Shown piece by piece: positions 20,012 to 30,111 of a stretch of 64,000 bases of DNA (its first letter is position 1; every line of letters begins with the position of its first letter). Below the pieces are notes generated by a model, which had not been told where the DNA came from, made no database searches, and saw nothing but the letters and a program-made list of their open reading frames with translations. Origin of the DNA: Puniceicoccaceae bacterium (lineage in GTDB: Bacteria; Verrucomicrobiota; Verrucomicrobiia; Opitutales; Coraliomargaritaceae); the NCBI GenBank assembly GCA_050301035.1, contig JBNKYT010000013.1, forward strand, positions 81,796 through 145,795. The letters are read 5' to 3'. Position numbers and translations under genes: made by a program.

Positions 20012-20548
20012 ATGAACCCCAGTGACTTGACCCTTGATTTCTCCATCGTGCGCGATCTTCGCAAGCGTGCGGGCATGACATTGGACGATGTCTCGCAGAA
20101 ATCCGGGGTATCGATTGCAGGCCTTTCCAAACTGGAGCGCAATCAAAACATGATCGAGCTCGACACCCTGTATCGGCTCGCCCGCGTCTTCGGCCTCTCC
20201 GCCACCGACCTGTTGGGACTGGCTGAATCCTGCTCGGCCCACGAGAAACAAGCTGAGGTGTACCGATCCGGCCCGTTCGAGTTCGAGCGCATCGGCTTCA
20301 AGGGCATCGATTGCTTCCACGCCACCGGAAAAGCCGGAGGCTCGCTCAAAAAGCCCGAAGCCCACGGCGACGAATTTGAAATCTGCTGGGTACGCTCCGG
20401 GAAGCTACAGATCACCCTTCCCCGTGAGCAGCACACCCTTGAGCCCGGACAAGCTCTGAAGTTCGATGCCGCCTTGGAGCACTCCTACGAAATTCTCGAA
20501 GACAGCGAGATGATCATCGTCCATCTCGAAAAGGCACATCGCTTTTAA
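20012..20548 (+). CDS. XRE-family transcriptional regulator with C-terminal cupin domain
   Basis: HTH (MTLDDVSQKSGVSIAGLSKLERNQ) followed by a cupin-like C-terminus (GDEFEICWVRSGKLQI...ALKFDAALEHSY). Divergent from the FAD protein gene. Confidence 0.85.
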   Translation: MNPSDLTLDFSIVRDLRKRAGMTLDDVSQKSGVSIAGLSKLERNQNMIELDTLYRLARVFGLSATDLLGLAESCSAHEKQAEVYRSGPFEFERIGFKGIDCFHATGKAGGSLKKPEAHGDEFEICWVRSGKLQITLPREQHTLEPGQALKFDAALEHSYEILEDSEMIIVHLEKAHRF

Positions 20549-20578
20549 TTCCGACACCAGTAAAACGCTTGATCCAAC

Positions 20579-21358
20579 ATGCTCTTCACCGGCCTCACCT
20601 CCATCACCTTCCGCAAGCTCGAACCACAGGCCATCATCGACTTGGTCAAGCAAGCCGGATTTGACGGCATCGAATGGGGCGGCAATGGCCATGTGCCTCC
20701 CGGCGACATAGAGAAAGCCCGCACAGTCCGCGCACAAACCGAAGCCGCCGGACTCACCGTCTGCTCCTATGGTTCCTATTATCAAGCCGACCAAAGCGGC
20801 GGCGATTTCACCGACACACTGGAGGCAGCGAAAGCCCTCGGCGCACCGGTGATCCGAGTCTGGGCCGGCAACAAAGGCTCCGCCGAAGTCGGACCGGAGT
20901 ACCGCCTCGAAGTCGCCGAAACACTGAAGCAAGCAGTCACCGCAGCCAAAGCGGCCGGTATTACCGTCGCCCTCGAATACCACGGCGACACACTTACCGA
21001 CACGCAGGCCTCGGCCCACCAACTGCTGCAGGAAGTCGGCCTCCCCGAACTCAAACTCTACTGGCAGCCCCGCACAAAGGGCACCTTCGCAGGCGACATC
21101 CCCGAGTTGAAAGCCGCCCTCCCCGTCATGGCACACGTCCACTGCTTCCACTGGGGCCCGGGAGGATGGGAAGATCGCAAACCGCTCGCCGACGGCGTTC
21201 AAGCCTGGAGCGAGTATTTGAAAATCATCCGTCAAGCCGAAGGCGACCGCTACATCATTTTCGAATTCGTCAAAGACGACTCCACCGAACAATTCCTCGA
21301 AGACGCCAAAGTGCTGCGTACTTTGCTGGAACGTCCAACGTCGAACATCGAACGCTGA
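20579..21358 (+). CDS. Sugar phosphate isomerase/epimerase (xylose isomerase-like TIM barrel)
   Basis: Typical family layout (IDLVKQAGFDGIEW...GAPVIRVWAG...VALEYHG). 259 aa. Confidence 0.8.
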   Translation: MLFTGLTSITFRKLEPQAIIDLVKQAGFDGIEWGGNGHVPPGDIEKARTVRAQTEAAGLTVCSYGSYYQADQSGGDFTDTLEAAKALGAPVIRVWAGNKGSAEVGPEYRLEVAETLKQAVTAAKAAGITVALEYHGDTLTDTQASAHQLLQEVGLPELKLYWQPRTKGTFAGDIPELKAALPVMAHVHCFHWGPGGWEDRKPLADGVQAWSEYLKIIRQAEGDRYIIFEFVKDDSTEQFLEDAKVLRTLLERPTSNIER

Positions 21359-21403
21359 ACATCGATAAACAACCCAACAACCGATAACCGGAAAACTGAA
21401 ATC

Positions 21404-22219
21404 GTGAACGATTTATCCCGCCTCGCCATCCACACCATGACCACCAAGCCTTGGGATCTGCCCACGGCTTGCGCCAAATATGCTGCCGCCGGCGTGCCCG
21501 GAGTCGGGCTCTGGCGCCAGTGGCTCGAAGGCCGCCCCCTCGCCGAATCCAAGAAGATGCTCGACGACCATGGTCTCAAAGCCGTCTCCCTCGTCCGCAG
21601 CGGGTTCTATCCTTACCTGAATGCAGCCGAAAAGCAGGCCGCTTTTGACGACAACATCAAGGCGCTCGACGAAGCCGCCGCAGTCGGCGCACCACAGGTC
21701 GTGCTGGTTTGTGGCGCCAAACCCGAGCTCAGCCTGGTTGAAAATCGCAAGCAGATCACCGAGGGTATCGCCTCGCTAGTGGATCACGCCAGCAAGGTCG
21801 GCGTGAAACTTTCCATCGAACCCCTGCACCCGATGTACGCCGACTGCCGCAGCGCGGTAAACACCATCGGCCAGTGCAACGACATGATCGACCAGATCGG
21901 TGAGGAATGGGTCGGCATCGCCGCCGACGTGTATCACATCTGGTGGGATCCGACACTCGAGCAGGAAGTCAAGCGCGCGGGCAAGCGCATCATCGGCTTC
22001 CACGTCTGCGACTGGATGACACCCACCGCCGACATGCTCAACGACCGCGGTCTGATGGGCGAAGGCTGCATCGACAACCGCGGCATCCGCCAACTCGTCG
22101 AGACCGCCGCCGGCTTCGCCGACTGGATCGAAGTGGAAGTGTTTTCGACACGCCACTGGGCCACCGACCAAGACGAGTATCTCCAGAAGATCATCCAAGC
22201 TTACAAAGAGCATGTGTGA
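21404..22219 (+). CDS. Sugar phosphate isomerase/epimerase (xylose isomerase-like TIM barrel)
   Basis: Second paralogue-like TIM-barrel protein (LAIHTMT...GAPQVVLVCG...LSIEPLHP...FHVCDW). GTG start in the ORF track. Confidence 0.8.
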   Translation: MNDLSRLAIHTMTTKPWDLPTACAKYAAAGVPGVGLWRQWLEGRPLAESKKMLDDHGLKAVSLVRSGFYPYLNAAEKQAAFDDNIKALDEAAAVGAPQVVLVCGAKPELSLVENRKQITEGIASLVDHASKVGVKLSIEPLHPMYADCRSAVNTIGQCNDMIDQIGEEWVGIAADVYHIWWDPTLEQEVKRAGKRIIGFHVCDWMTPTADMLNDRGLMGEGCIDNRGIRQLVETAAGFADWIEVEVFSTRHWATDQDEYLQKIIQAYKEHV

Positions 22220-22275
22220 TGAGGTTCAGAACCTCAAAACCTCTCCAACTTCCAAACCTATAAACCTAAAATATC

Positions 22276-23427
22276 ATGAAAGTACACAGAATCGGCATCA
22301 TCATGAACGGCGTCACAGGACGCATGGGCACTAATCAGCATCTGCTTCGTTCCATCGACGCGATCATCAAGCAAGGCGGCGTAAAAGTCAGCCCGACCGA
22401 AGTGATCATGCCCGACCCCATCCTGGTCGGCCGCAATGAAACCAAGCTCAAAGCTCTGATCGAGCAAACCAGCGTCGAGAAATACACCACGGATCTCGAC
22501 AGCGTGATGAACGATCCGGCCTACCAGATCTATTTCGACGCACAGAGCACGCTCCGCCGCTTCAACGCGGTCAAGCAAGCGGCTGCCGCCGGTAAGCACG
22601 TCTACTGCGAAAAGCCCACCGCCATCAAAACCGAAGACGCTTACGAGCTCTACAAGATCTGCCGTGACGCCGGTGTGAAAAACGGTGTCGTGCAGGACAA
22701 GCTCTGGCTACCCGGCATGCTCAAGTTCAAGCGCTTGGTTGAAAACGGTTTCTTCGGCGACATTCTTTCCGTGCGCGGCGAGTTCGGCTACTGGGTCTTC
22801 GAAGGCCACAGCATCCCGGCACAACGTCCTTCCTGGAACTACCGCAAGGAAGACGGCGGCGGTATGATCGTCGACATGCTTTGCCACTGGCGCTACGTCA
22901 TCGACAACCTCTTCGGCAAAGTGAAGAGCGTTTCCTGCCTTGCAGCGACCCACATCCCCGAGCGTATCGACGAAGAAGGCAAGCCCTACAAGTGCACCGC
23001 CGACGACTCGGCCTACTCCACTTTCGAACTCGAAAACGGTGTGGTCTGCCACTTCAACTCATCCTGGAACGTCCGCGTCCGCCGCGACGACCTCCTCACC
23101 ATGCAAGTAGACGGCAGCAAGGGCAGCGCCATCGTCGGCCTGCGCGACGTCTGGATCCAGCACTACGGCAACACGCCGCGTCCGATCTGGAATCCCGACA
23201 TCAAGCAACCCATCGACTTCTTCGAAGGCTGGCAGAAAGTGCCCGAACAGGAAACTTACGACAACGCGTTCAAGATTCAGTGGGAGCTCTTCCTGCGCCA
23301 CGTCGTACTCGACGAGCCTTTCCGCTGGGACCTCCTCGAAGGTGCCAAGGGCGTCCAGCTCGCGGAAATCGGCCTCCAGAGCTCGGAAGAGCGCAAGTGG
23401 CTCGATCTGCCTGAATTAAAAGCCTAA
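22276..23427 (+). CDS. Gfo/Idh/MocA family oxidoreductase
   Basis: N-terminal Rossmann motif ([13 protein letters not shown]) and EKP motif (VYCEKPTA). Confidence 0.85.
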   Translation: MKVHRIGIIMNGVTGRMGTNQHLLRSIDAIIKQGGVKVSPTEVIMPDPILVGRNETKLKALIEQTSVEKYTTDLDSVMNDPAYQIYFDAQSTLRRFNAVKQAAAAGKHVYCEKPTAIKTEDAYELYKICRDAGVKNGVVQDKLWLPGMLKFKRLVENGFFGDILSVRGEFGYWVFEGHSIPAQRPSWNYRKEDGGGMIVDMLCHWRYVIDNLFGKVKSVSCLAATHIPERIDEEGKPYKCTADDSAYSTFELENGVVCHFNSSWNVRVRRDDLLTMQVDGSKGSAIVGLRDVWIQHYGNTPRPIWNPDIKQPIDFFEGWQKVPEQETYDNAFKIQWELFLRHVVLDEPFRWDLLEGAKGVQLAEIGLQSSEERKWLDLPELKA

Positions 23428-23452
23428 ATCAAAGGCTTAAGCCTTTGATTTA
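23425..23452. repeat. Perfect 28-nt palindrome overlapping the stop codon
   Basis: TAAATCAAAGGCTT/AAGCCTTTGATTTA has 14-nt arms with no mismatch and begins with the TAA stop of the Gfo/Idh/MocA gene. Confidence 0.8.
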
Positions 23453-23545
23453 GAAGTTAAGAAGTTTGGAGGTTAGGATGTTTTGAAGTTCTTTCAGCAT
23501 CTTAACCTCCTCAACTTCTCAACCTCCCAACCTCTTTTCCAAACT

Positions 23546-24331
23546 ATGAGTGAAACGAATACAAAACCCGTCGCTTTCGTAACCGGCGGTAGTCGTGGCA
23601 TCGGCTTCGGCTGCGCGGCTCAGCTCGCGAAGCTCGGCTTCGATCTCGCCATCAACGGCATGCGCGACGAATCGCAGCTCTCCGAGCCCATCGAAGCCCT
23701 CAAGGCACTCGGTGCCGACGTGCTCTACTGTCAGGGCGACATCGGCTCCGCCGAAGCGCGCGCCGCCATGCTCGACAAGATCAAGGGCCACTACGGACGC
23801 CTCAACATCCTCGTGAACAACGCCGGCGTGGCACCGAAGGAGCGCAATGACATCCTCGAAGCCACCGAAGAGAGCTTCGACTACGTTGTCGGCACGAACG
23901 TGAAGGGCCCCTACTTCCTCTCGCAATCCGCAGCCAACTGGATGATCGAGCAAAAGCAGGCCGCACCGGAGCAGTTCTTCTCCATCATCAACGTCGGTTC
24001 CATCTCCGCCACCGTCATCTCCACCAACCGCGGCGAATACTGCGTGGCCAAGGCCGGCATCGCCATGATGACCGCACTCTTCGCGGCCCGCCTCGGCGAG
24101 TACGACATCCCGGTCTACGAAATCCGTCCCGGCGTGATCAAGACCGACATGACCAGCGGCGTGACCGACAAGTACGACAAGCTGATCGAAGAAGGCCTCT
24201 GCGTGACCAAGCGTTGGGGCTTCCCCCAAGACATCGGCAAAGCAGTCGGCTCTCTGGCCAAAGGCGACTTCCCCTACTCGACCGGGCAAGTCATCATGGT
24301 CGACGGTGGACTCACCCTGCCAAGACTCTAA
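23546..24331 (+). CDS. SDR family oxidoreductase
   Basis: VAFVTGGSRGIGFG cofactor motif and YxxxK (EYCVAKAG). I chose ATG 23546 because the upstream 21 codons lie inside a long hairpin and add no SDR-like sequence. Confidence 0.9.
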   Translation: MSETNTKPVAFVTGGSRGIGFGCAAQLAKLGFDLAINGMRDESQLSEPIEALKALGADVLYCQGDIGSAEARAAMLDKIKGHYGRLNILVNNAGVAPKERNDILEATEESFDYVVGTNVKGPYFLSQSAANWMIEQKQAAPEQFFSIINVGSISATVISTNRGEYCVAKAGIAMMTALFAARLGEYDIPVYEIRPGVIKTDMTSGVTDKYDKLIEEGLCVTKRWGFPQDIGKAVGSLAKGDFPYSTGQVIMVDGGLTLPRL

Positions 24332-24353
24332 ACCAGTCAAAGCGATCTTCACC

Positions 24354-24386
24354 AAGCCGCTATCCTGATGGGATGGCGGCTTTTTT
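24354..24386 (+). terminator. Intrinsic terminator after the SDR gene
   Basis: AAGCCGC...GCGGCTT stem with an inner ATCC/GGAT stem, followed by TTTTTT. Confidence 0.75.
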
Positions 24387-24705
24387 GTAGTCCTTCGTTT
24401 GTAGAGTTTTCAAATCCAGAGAGCTTGGCCGTCTGGATCTGAACAGGCCAATCCGACTAACGTCCGAACGCCCTGTGATGCTCAAAGTTCATTCCGTTCG
24501 CGGCGAATGATTTGATTTAACCACAGAAGACTCAAAAATCTCAAAATTCATTCCGTTTTTCTTTTCTGTGCCTTATGTGCATTTTGTGGTTCGAACCTGC
24601 CGAGCCTTAGGTCTTCTCCTTCCTCAGATCGTGAAAGGGATGCATAGATGAGAGTAGCGAAATCTACTGTAGATCCTGTCCTTACTGTATCAACTCTTTG
24701 ATTGT

Positions 24706-25131
24706 TTATGTTTCAGCATTAGTCAGGACTGGGGATCCAGCTTCTGTTTTTCGAAACTGGACTGGGCCGTAGACTCGATCATGCTGAGCTTCCAAGCCTT
24801 TGGGTTGGATCCAATATTGGCAATTTTCTACCGATAAATAAATTGAGAAAAATGGAACCTCAACTGAGTCTGAGTAAGGTGCTATCGTGAAATACTTCAA
24901 CTGGGAACCGTTACTTTCTAAGGTTTCAAGATAGGCATCCCATTCTTCTTTTTCAATTTCTGGTAAACCTTGAGTTGAGATGGTGTGATAACCAGTGACT
25001 CTTGGGTTTAAAGACTCTGCGAATGCAAGTCCACCGATACTTTCAGCGAGAGTTTCAATGCTCTTAAACTCCTCACCAGATGCACCTACCATTGAAAGTA
25101 GGCTGAGAGTGATGAAAACTCGTATGTTCAT
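24706..25131 (-). CDS. Hypothetical secreted protein (orphan, low G+C)
   Basis: N-terminal signal peptide (MNIRVFITLSLLSMVGASG). No recognisable domain. Composition differs from the neighbours. Confidence 0.5.
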   Translation of the reverse strand: MNIRVFITLSLLSMVGASGEEFKSIETLAESIGGLAFAESLNPRVTGYHTISTQGLPEIEKEEWDAYLETLESNGSQLKYFTIAPYSDSVEVPFFSIYLSVENCQYWIQPKGLEAQHDRVYGPVQFRKTEAGSPVLTNAET

Positions 25132-25336
25132 TTCTTCTGTGGATCAGTGTTTAGTGCCTAACTACTTTGCGGGTGCGTACTACTGAGTTGCGAAATTGCC
25201 GCGCCATTCGAACCCAATTCCGCAGCTTATGAATTTCGCAAGCCCCTGAAAGACTGAAATCTGGTAGTTGCGCAAAGCGAGAGAGCTTCAAAGTTACCGC
25301 TGATTCATTTAATCAGCGTTCCGTAGAATGCGCGGT

Positions 25337-26392
25337 TTAATAATCCTTCCAGTACACGCGCTTCGAATCCTGCGCGGCGGAGTCGGCGACCATTTCGGTG
25401 AAAGTCATGTAGCGCACACCTTGCTCGAAGCTGGTAAGCTGGACCGGTGCCCCCTTGCGGATGGAACGGACGAAATCGGCCTCGACCTGCCAGCCCCGGC
25501 TCTGCTGGCGGGACATGGTCAGCTTCTTTTCCTCGCTCTCTCCTGCCGGGGCAAAAAGGAGCATGGTGTGAAAGGCATCAAAGCGAAGCGCGCCTTTCGA
25601 GCCGTTGATCCGAAATTCCATGCGCGGTTTGCCCGATTCGACCCCGCTGAAATGATAGACCATGCGTGCGCCGGAACCGGCGAAACGCCCCAGAATACTG
25701 ATGCTGTCCGGGATCTCCACCGGGGTTTCCCCGTCCTGCCCGGGATAACTGCGGCGAGGCTGGAAAATCGCGCTATCGGCCATCAGCCACTCGGGCTCGT
25801 CTTCGACCCAGCGTTGGACGGTCTCGTGCATAATGCCCATGGTCAGGACGTTGTTACCGCTCAGGCTTTTATCCTGACGCCATGTCATGGGTGCCTCGGG
25901 GCTGGCGGACTGGCCTCCGGTGTGAACGACACGCACTTCGAGAATTTCGCCGAGTTTGCCTTGTTGGATCATCTCCCGGATGGTCGCATCGAAATCGAGC
26001 GAGAACGGGGCTGGCACGATTTGCGCCACCAGTTCGGGGTGCGTCTGCGCTGCGGCTTGCATGCGGCGGGCTTCATCGAGATTACAGGCCATGCGGGCTT
26101 CACAGAGTACGTGCTTGCCATGCTCCAACGCGGCGATCGTGGCCTCCGCATGAAGATAAGGCCAAGTGCCGATACAGACGGCGTCGATCGACGGATCTTC
26201 AACGACTTCCCGCCAATGATTGGCCACTTGTTTGATGCCTTCGAGCTTGGCGACTTTTTGAGCCGACTCCAGTGTCCGGTTCGCCACGACGGAGAGTTCC
26301 ACGTTCTCAATTTTGAGAAAACCTGGAATGTGCATTTTACGGGTATTGGTTCCCGCCCCGATAAATCCGATACGCAGTTTATGAGGGTTCAT
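25337..26392 (-). CDS. Gfo/Idh/MocA family oxidoreductase
   Basis: [20 protein letters not shown] Rossmann N-terminus. 351 aa. Confidence 0.85.
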   Translation of the reverse strand: MNPHKLRIGFIGAGTNTRKMHIPGFLKIENVELSVVANRTLESAQKVAKLEGIKQVANHWREVVEDPSIDAVCIGTWPYLHAEATIAALEHGKHVLCEARMACNLDEARRMQAAAQTHPELVAQIVPAPFSLDFDATIREMIQQGKLGEILEVRVVHTGGQSASPEAPMTWRQDKSLSGNNVLTMGIMHETVQRWVEDEPEWLMADSAIFQPRRSYPGQDGETPVEIPDSISILGRFAGSGARMVYHFSGVESGKPRMEFRINGSKGALRFDAFHTMLLFAPAGESEEKKLTMSRQQSRGWQVEADFVRSIRKGAPVQLTSFEQGVRYMTFTEMVADSAAQDSKRVYWKDY

Positions 26393-26410
26393 CGTTTGAT
26401 CTAAAGATAG

Positions 26411-27106
26411 TTAGCTGAGCTGCCCCAAGTGAAGGGTCAACTGCCGTCGGGTGCGAGCGGCAAATTCCGGATTATGCGTCACCAGAACCAGACTCCTCTC
26501 CGCTTCCGTAGCCAGATCGAGCAACAGTTCCATCACGGCCTGCCCGGTCGCTTCGTCGAGATTGCCGGTGGGCTCGTCGGCCAGAACCAGCGGCGGATTA
26601 TTAATCAAGGCCCGGGCGACCGCCACACGTTGGCGTTCGCCGCCGGAGAGTTTGGTTGAGCTGTGCTTGAGGCGGTGGCTCATGCCGACGCGGTTCAGCA
26701 GTTGCTCGGCATGATCGACCACCGTGCTATCGACCCGCCCCGCGATGCGTGCCCCGAGCAGGACGTTTTCCAGAGCATTGAGCTCGGGCGCGAGGTAATA
26801 GGCCTGAAAAACAAATCCGATATAGCGGGTGCGCCGCGCCGCCAACCAAGACAGCGAACGGCCCGAGACGGCACGTCCTTCCCAGAAAAGTTCCCCCGAG
26901 TCGGCGGTTTCCAGACCGGACAAAACGTTGAGCAAGGTCGACTTGCCACTCCCCGACTCGCCCCGAATGCTGACGCTTTCCCCTCGGGCGATGCTGAAGT
27001 TGACGCCGTCCAATACGTGAATCTTCTCCTCGGTTCCGGGGAAGTATTTGGCCACGGAGCGGGCTTCGAGCAGGATGTCGTTTGAATTATTCACTTCGGA
27101 GGGCAT
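26411..27106 (-). CDS. lolD: Lipoprotein-releasing ABC transporter ATP-binding protein
   Basis: Walker A (GESGSGKST), signature ([15 protein letters not shown]) and Walker B ([12 protein letters not shown]). Overlaps the permease gene by 20 nt. Confidence 0.85.
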   Translation of the reverse strand: MPSEVNNSNDILLEARSVAKYFPGTEEKIHVLDGVNFSIARGESVSIRGESGSGKSTLLNVLSGLETADSGELFWEGRAVSGRSLSWLAARRTRYIGFVFQAYYLAPELNALENVLLGARIAGRVDSTVVDHAEQLLNRVGMSHRLKHSSTKLSGGERQRVAVARALINNPPLVLADEPTGNLDEATGQAVMELLLDLATEAERSLVLVTHNPEFAARTRRQLTLHLGQLS

Positions 27107-28319
27107 CAGCGGGTTTCAGTCGGGCGGCGCGCAAGGCCGGCAGCAGGCCTGCGAGCGTGGAAATAATCACCGCAAAACAGGTAACGGTAACAAAGTCAGA
27201 CATCAGGTAATGCACCGGGATCTCGTAAACGTCATAGACGCCGAGAAAATCCACGCTCGATCCGGTCACCCGGGCGTAGAAAGACAGAATCGGCGTTCGG
27301 TAGTGCAGGCAAACCAAGGCCATTGCGATCCCCATCCCGGTACCGATGGCTCCGATCACGAAGCCTTGAAAACAAAAGCTGTAGGCTACCTGAATCGGTT
27401 TGCCCCCCATCGCGACCAGCAGGCCGATTTCCCGCGTCTTACGAATGACCGCCATCATCAGCGCGATCGCGATCGAGAAGGAAGCGACGAGGATGATGAA
27501 AATAATGATAAAGGAAATCACCCGTTTCTCCTGCTCGACCACGAAGAGAAAATCGCGGTTCGATTCGAGCCAACTGATGGCCTGAAGTCCGGGGCGCAGC
27601 ACCTCGGCTTCCAGATAGTTCGAATATTCGAGCGCATTCACACCGGGACGTAGTTTGACGGAAATCCCGTGCACGCCTTCGTCGAGCCCATAGAGCTCCT
27701 GCATGACCCGCAGAGTCGAGATGACCATATTGCCGTCGATTTGCGGCGATCCCGTACGAAAGAGGCCGATGACCTTGAACTCCCGTGGCAGCAGCACTTC
27801 GTCTTTCTTCAGGCGCTCCAACATCAGCGGGGTGAAGATTTCGACGGTCGAACCGGGGGCGGCCTTCAAGGTGTAGGCCAGCCCCTCGCCGAGAAAGACC
27901 CCCTCGTCATCTAAATCATCCAGATTGCCCACGGTGAGGAAAGACTCCAGCGCCACCACATCCTCCTCCGCGACGGGATCGATCCCACGGATCATGGGGA
28001 ACTGCGGACGATTCTCGTGCTGAAGCATGACGACGCCTTCGGCAAAGGGCGCGGCGGCCAGCACATTCGGCTCCTGCTGCAGCCGCTCAATCTGCGCTTC
28101 CCAGTCGTAGATGATCTCGTTCGAACGGATGCGGATATCCCCCTGAGTCTCTACCAGACGCCGGCGAATCCCCTCGCCGAAGCCGTTCATCACACTCTGG
28201 ACGATCACCAGCACACAGACACCGAGCATCACTCCCATGATCGACATCAGGGAGAAGAAAGAGAAAAAGCGCCCGGAAGGGAAAAGCTGCTTCAAGGCGT
28301 GGTAAAGGTACCAAGGCAT
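27087..28319 (-). CDS. lolC: Lipoprotein-releasing system permease (LolC/LolE, FtsX-like)
   Basis: 410 aa with an N-terminal TM helix, a large periplasmic domain and a C-terminal FtsX-like TM bundle. Coupled to lolD. Confidence 0.85.
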   Translation of the reverse strand: MPWYLYHALKQLFPSGRFFSFFSLMSIMGVMLGVCVLVIVQSVMNGFGEGIRRRLVETQGDIRIRSNEIIYDWEAQIERLQQEPNVLAAAPFAEGVVMLQHENRPQFPMIRGIDPVAEEDVVALESFLTVGNLDDLDDEGVFLGEGLAYTLKAAPGSTVEIFTPLMLERLKKDEVLLPREFKVIGLFRTGSPQIDGNMVISTLRVMQELYGLDEGVHGISVKLRPGVNALEYSNYLEAEVLRPGLQAISWLESNRDFLFVVEQEKRVISFIIIFIILVASFSIAIALMMAVIRKTREIGLLVAMGGKPIQVAYSFCFQGFVIGAIGTGMGIAMALVCLHYRTPILSFYARVTGSSVDFLGVYDVYEIPVHYLMSDFVTVTCFAVIISTLAGLLPALRAARLKPADALRSE

Positions 28320-28495
28320 GTGCTATCTTCTCGCCCATCCACGGATCAAGGAAAAGAGAAAAAACGCGGAATCGGCCAAACGTGCCTCTTTTTACGACCA
28401 CATACCGCAAGGCTTGCTCTTGACGCCGGATGCGTTGTCGACAAATCCTAGCGCAAAACCCGATCCATCCTGGAATCCGGCTTTGCTTTGCCGCC

Positions 28496-29116
28496 ATGAC
28501 CACCGAAGTCCTCCTCGTCCTCACACCCTTTATTACAGCTGCCATTGGTTGGTTCACCAACTGGGTTGCGATCAAGATGCTCTTCCACCCCCGCGAGCCG
28601 ATGCGCGTCTTCTGCTGGAAGTGGCAAGGGCTCATCCCACGCCGTCAGAAGCAGCTGGCACAGGAATCCGCCGAGATCATCGAGCGGGAGATCCTGCAAC
28701 AGCACATGATCCTGCATGAAATCCGCAGGATCGAGCTCGGCCCCTATCTGGAGCAAGCGGCCAAGAAACTCGTCTGGGAGCGGATCGGCCCACAGTTGCG
28801 CGCCATCCCCCTGCTGGGTAGCTTCGTCAACGACAACATCCTGGCCAAATTCGAAGTCATCGCCGCAAACGAGATGAAAGAAGAAGCCGGCCCCCTGATG
28901 GAAAAAGTCGCCACTGAATTCGAAGCCTCGGTCGATTTAAAGCAGATGATTGAAGACAACATCGCCGCCTTCGACCTCGAACGCCTCGAAGACATCGTCA
29001 ACGCAGTCGCCAAACGCGAATTTCGCACCATCGAACGCCTCGGAGCCGTCCTCGGCTTCATCATAGGCTGCGCCCAGGTCGCTCTCTTCTGGGCCACCGG
29101 AGCGGTCAATTTCTAA
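28496..29116 (+). CDS. DUF445 family membrane protein
   Basis: N-terminus TPFITAAIGWFTNWVAIKMLFHP is typical of DUF445. I chose ATG 28496 over 28430. Confidence 0.7.
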   Translation: MTTEVLLVLTPFITAAIGWFTNWVAIKMLFHPREPMRVFCWKWQGLIPRRQKQLAQESAEIIEREILQQHMILHEIRRIELGPYLEQAAKKLVWERIGPQLRAIPLLGSFVNDNILAKFEVIAANEMKEEAGPLMEKVATEFEASVDLKQMIEDNIAAFDLERLEDIVNAVAKREFRTIERLGAVLGFIIGCAQVALFWATGAVNF

Positions 29117-29280
29117 CAAAGTCGATTTCAAGTATCACAATGCCGCGACCTGAGGCGTGTGAAATGGGGATGGCGCTTCGCGAATACGGAGGGCGGCGCG
29201 CGGAAGAAAGGGAGACCAAAAAGCAGACAAAAGGCATACATCTAGTTGACAATCCTATAATTGCTTAAGACTTTATCTTT

Positions 29281-30102
29281 ATGGCTAAGACGCTGGACAT
29301 TGATGTTTTCGACCGCACAAATCGACTGAGTGCTGCCTTGGAGAAGTCAGAGCAAACCAATAAACGCAGCAGCCGCTATCATTTTGCGGTAAAACGCTAC
29401 AAGCAGTTTCGAACACACAAACAGATCAGGGGTGGGTTTTGCATCCTGCATATCGGCAGCAAGGCCGCTGGACTGGAACAGTTGCGCGAAGTGCGTAAAC
29501 AACTCGACAGTAAACGATGGCGAGGCGTGGTGGCCGTGCTAAATAGTAAACTGGCCAGCGATACTCAGTTTCAACGCATATTGCTACAGCCAGGCCGAAC
29601 TGACGCGATCCGCTTCATCATCGACGATAAGGCGGATGAAAACCCGAAGCCTGTCGTCGATCATTTGAACGATCTGATTGATACGGTTGGCACCGAAGAT
29701 ACCCGTGAAGGCAGTAAAGCCATCCATCTGCCCTACCTCGAGGCGGGCCAACCGATCCGCAACCCCAAAAGCCACCGGCTCGATGCCAAGCGTATCGCAG
29801 ATTACTTCGACCTTAGCTTGCGGGAGCTGGCTCGTATCTTAGGAAAAAGTCACCCCACGGTCGATAAAACGCCCGACAGCAAGAATCTACAGGCGACGCT
29901 ACAACCCTTCGAAGCCATTCTGCGGGGACGAATTTTAGTCGGACATGACGATACACTTTTCCGCCAATGGTTGAACACCGCATCCAAGGAATTTCCTGAG
30001 CGGGACGGAAAAGTACCAAGCCCTATGGATATTATACGGATGGGGCATCCCGAAGTCGTGGCGGCACTCGTTGACGAAGCCTTAACCGGTCAACCCGCCT
30101 GA
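29281..30102 (+). CDS. Xre/DUF2384 (ParS/MbcA-like) antitoxin with an unknown ~165-aa N-terminal extension
   Basis: The C-terminal third has an HTH (LSLRELARILGKSHPTV) plus a DUF2384-like segment (FRQWLNTASKEF...SPMDIIRMGHPEVVAALVDEAL). It lies immediately upstream of a RES-domain gene (9-nt gap). Confidence 0.7.
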   Translation: MAKTLDIDVFDRTNRLSAALEKSEQTNKRSSRYHFAVKRYKQFRTHKQIRGGFCILHIGSKAAGLEQLREVRKQLDSKRWRGVVAVLNSKLASDTQFQRILLQPGRTDAIRFIIDDKADENPKPVVDHLNDLIDTVGTEDTREGSKAIHLPYLEAGQPIRNPKSHRLDAKRIADYFDLSLRELARILGKSHPTVDKTPDSKNLQATLQPFEAILRGRILVGHDDTLFRQWLNTASKEFPERDGKVPSPMDIIRMGHPEVVAALVDEALTGQPA

Positions 30103-30111
30103 CGACTGAAG

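Noticed and set aside
23483-23545. ATG 23483 as the start of the SDR gene
   Set aside because: The extra 21 codons lie within the long imperfect hairpin and add a non-SDR leader (MKFFQHLNLLNFSTSQPLFQT). ATG 23546 places the TGGSRGIG motif at the usual distance from the N-terminus.
29246-29261. TTGACA and TATAAT hexamers upstream of the antitoxin gene as a sigma-70 promoter pair
   Set aside because: The two hexamers are separated by only 4 nt, so they cannot work together. TATAAT alone may be a -10 element, but no suitable -35 lies about 17 nt upstream.
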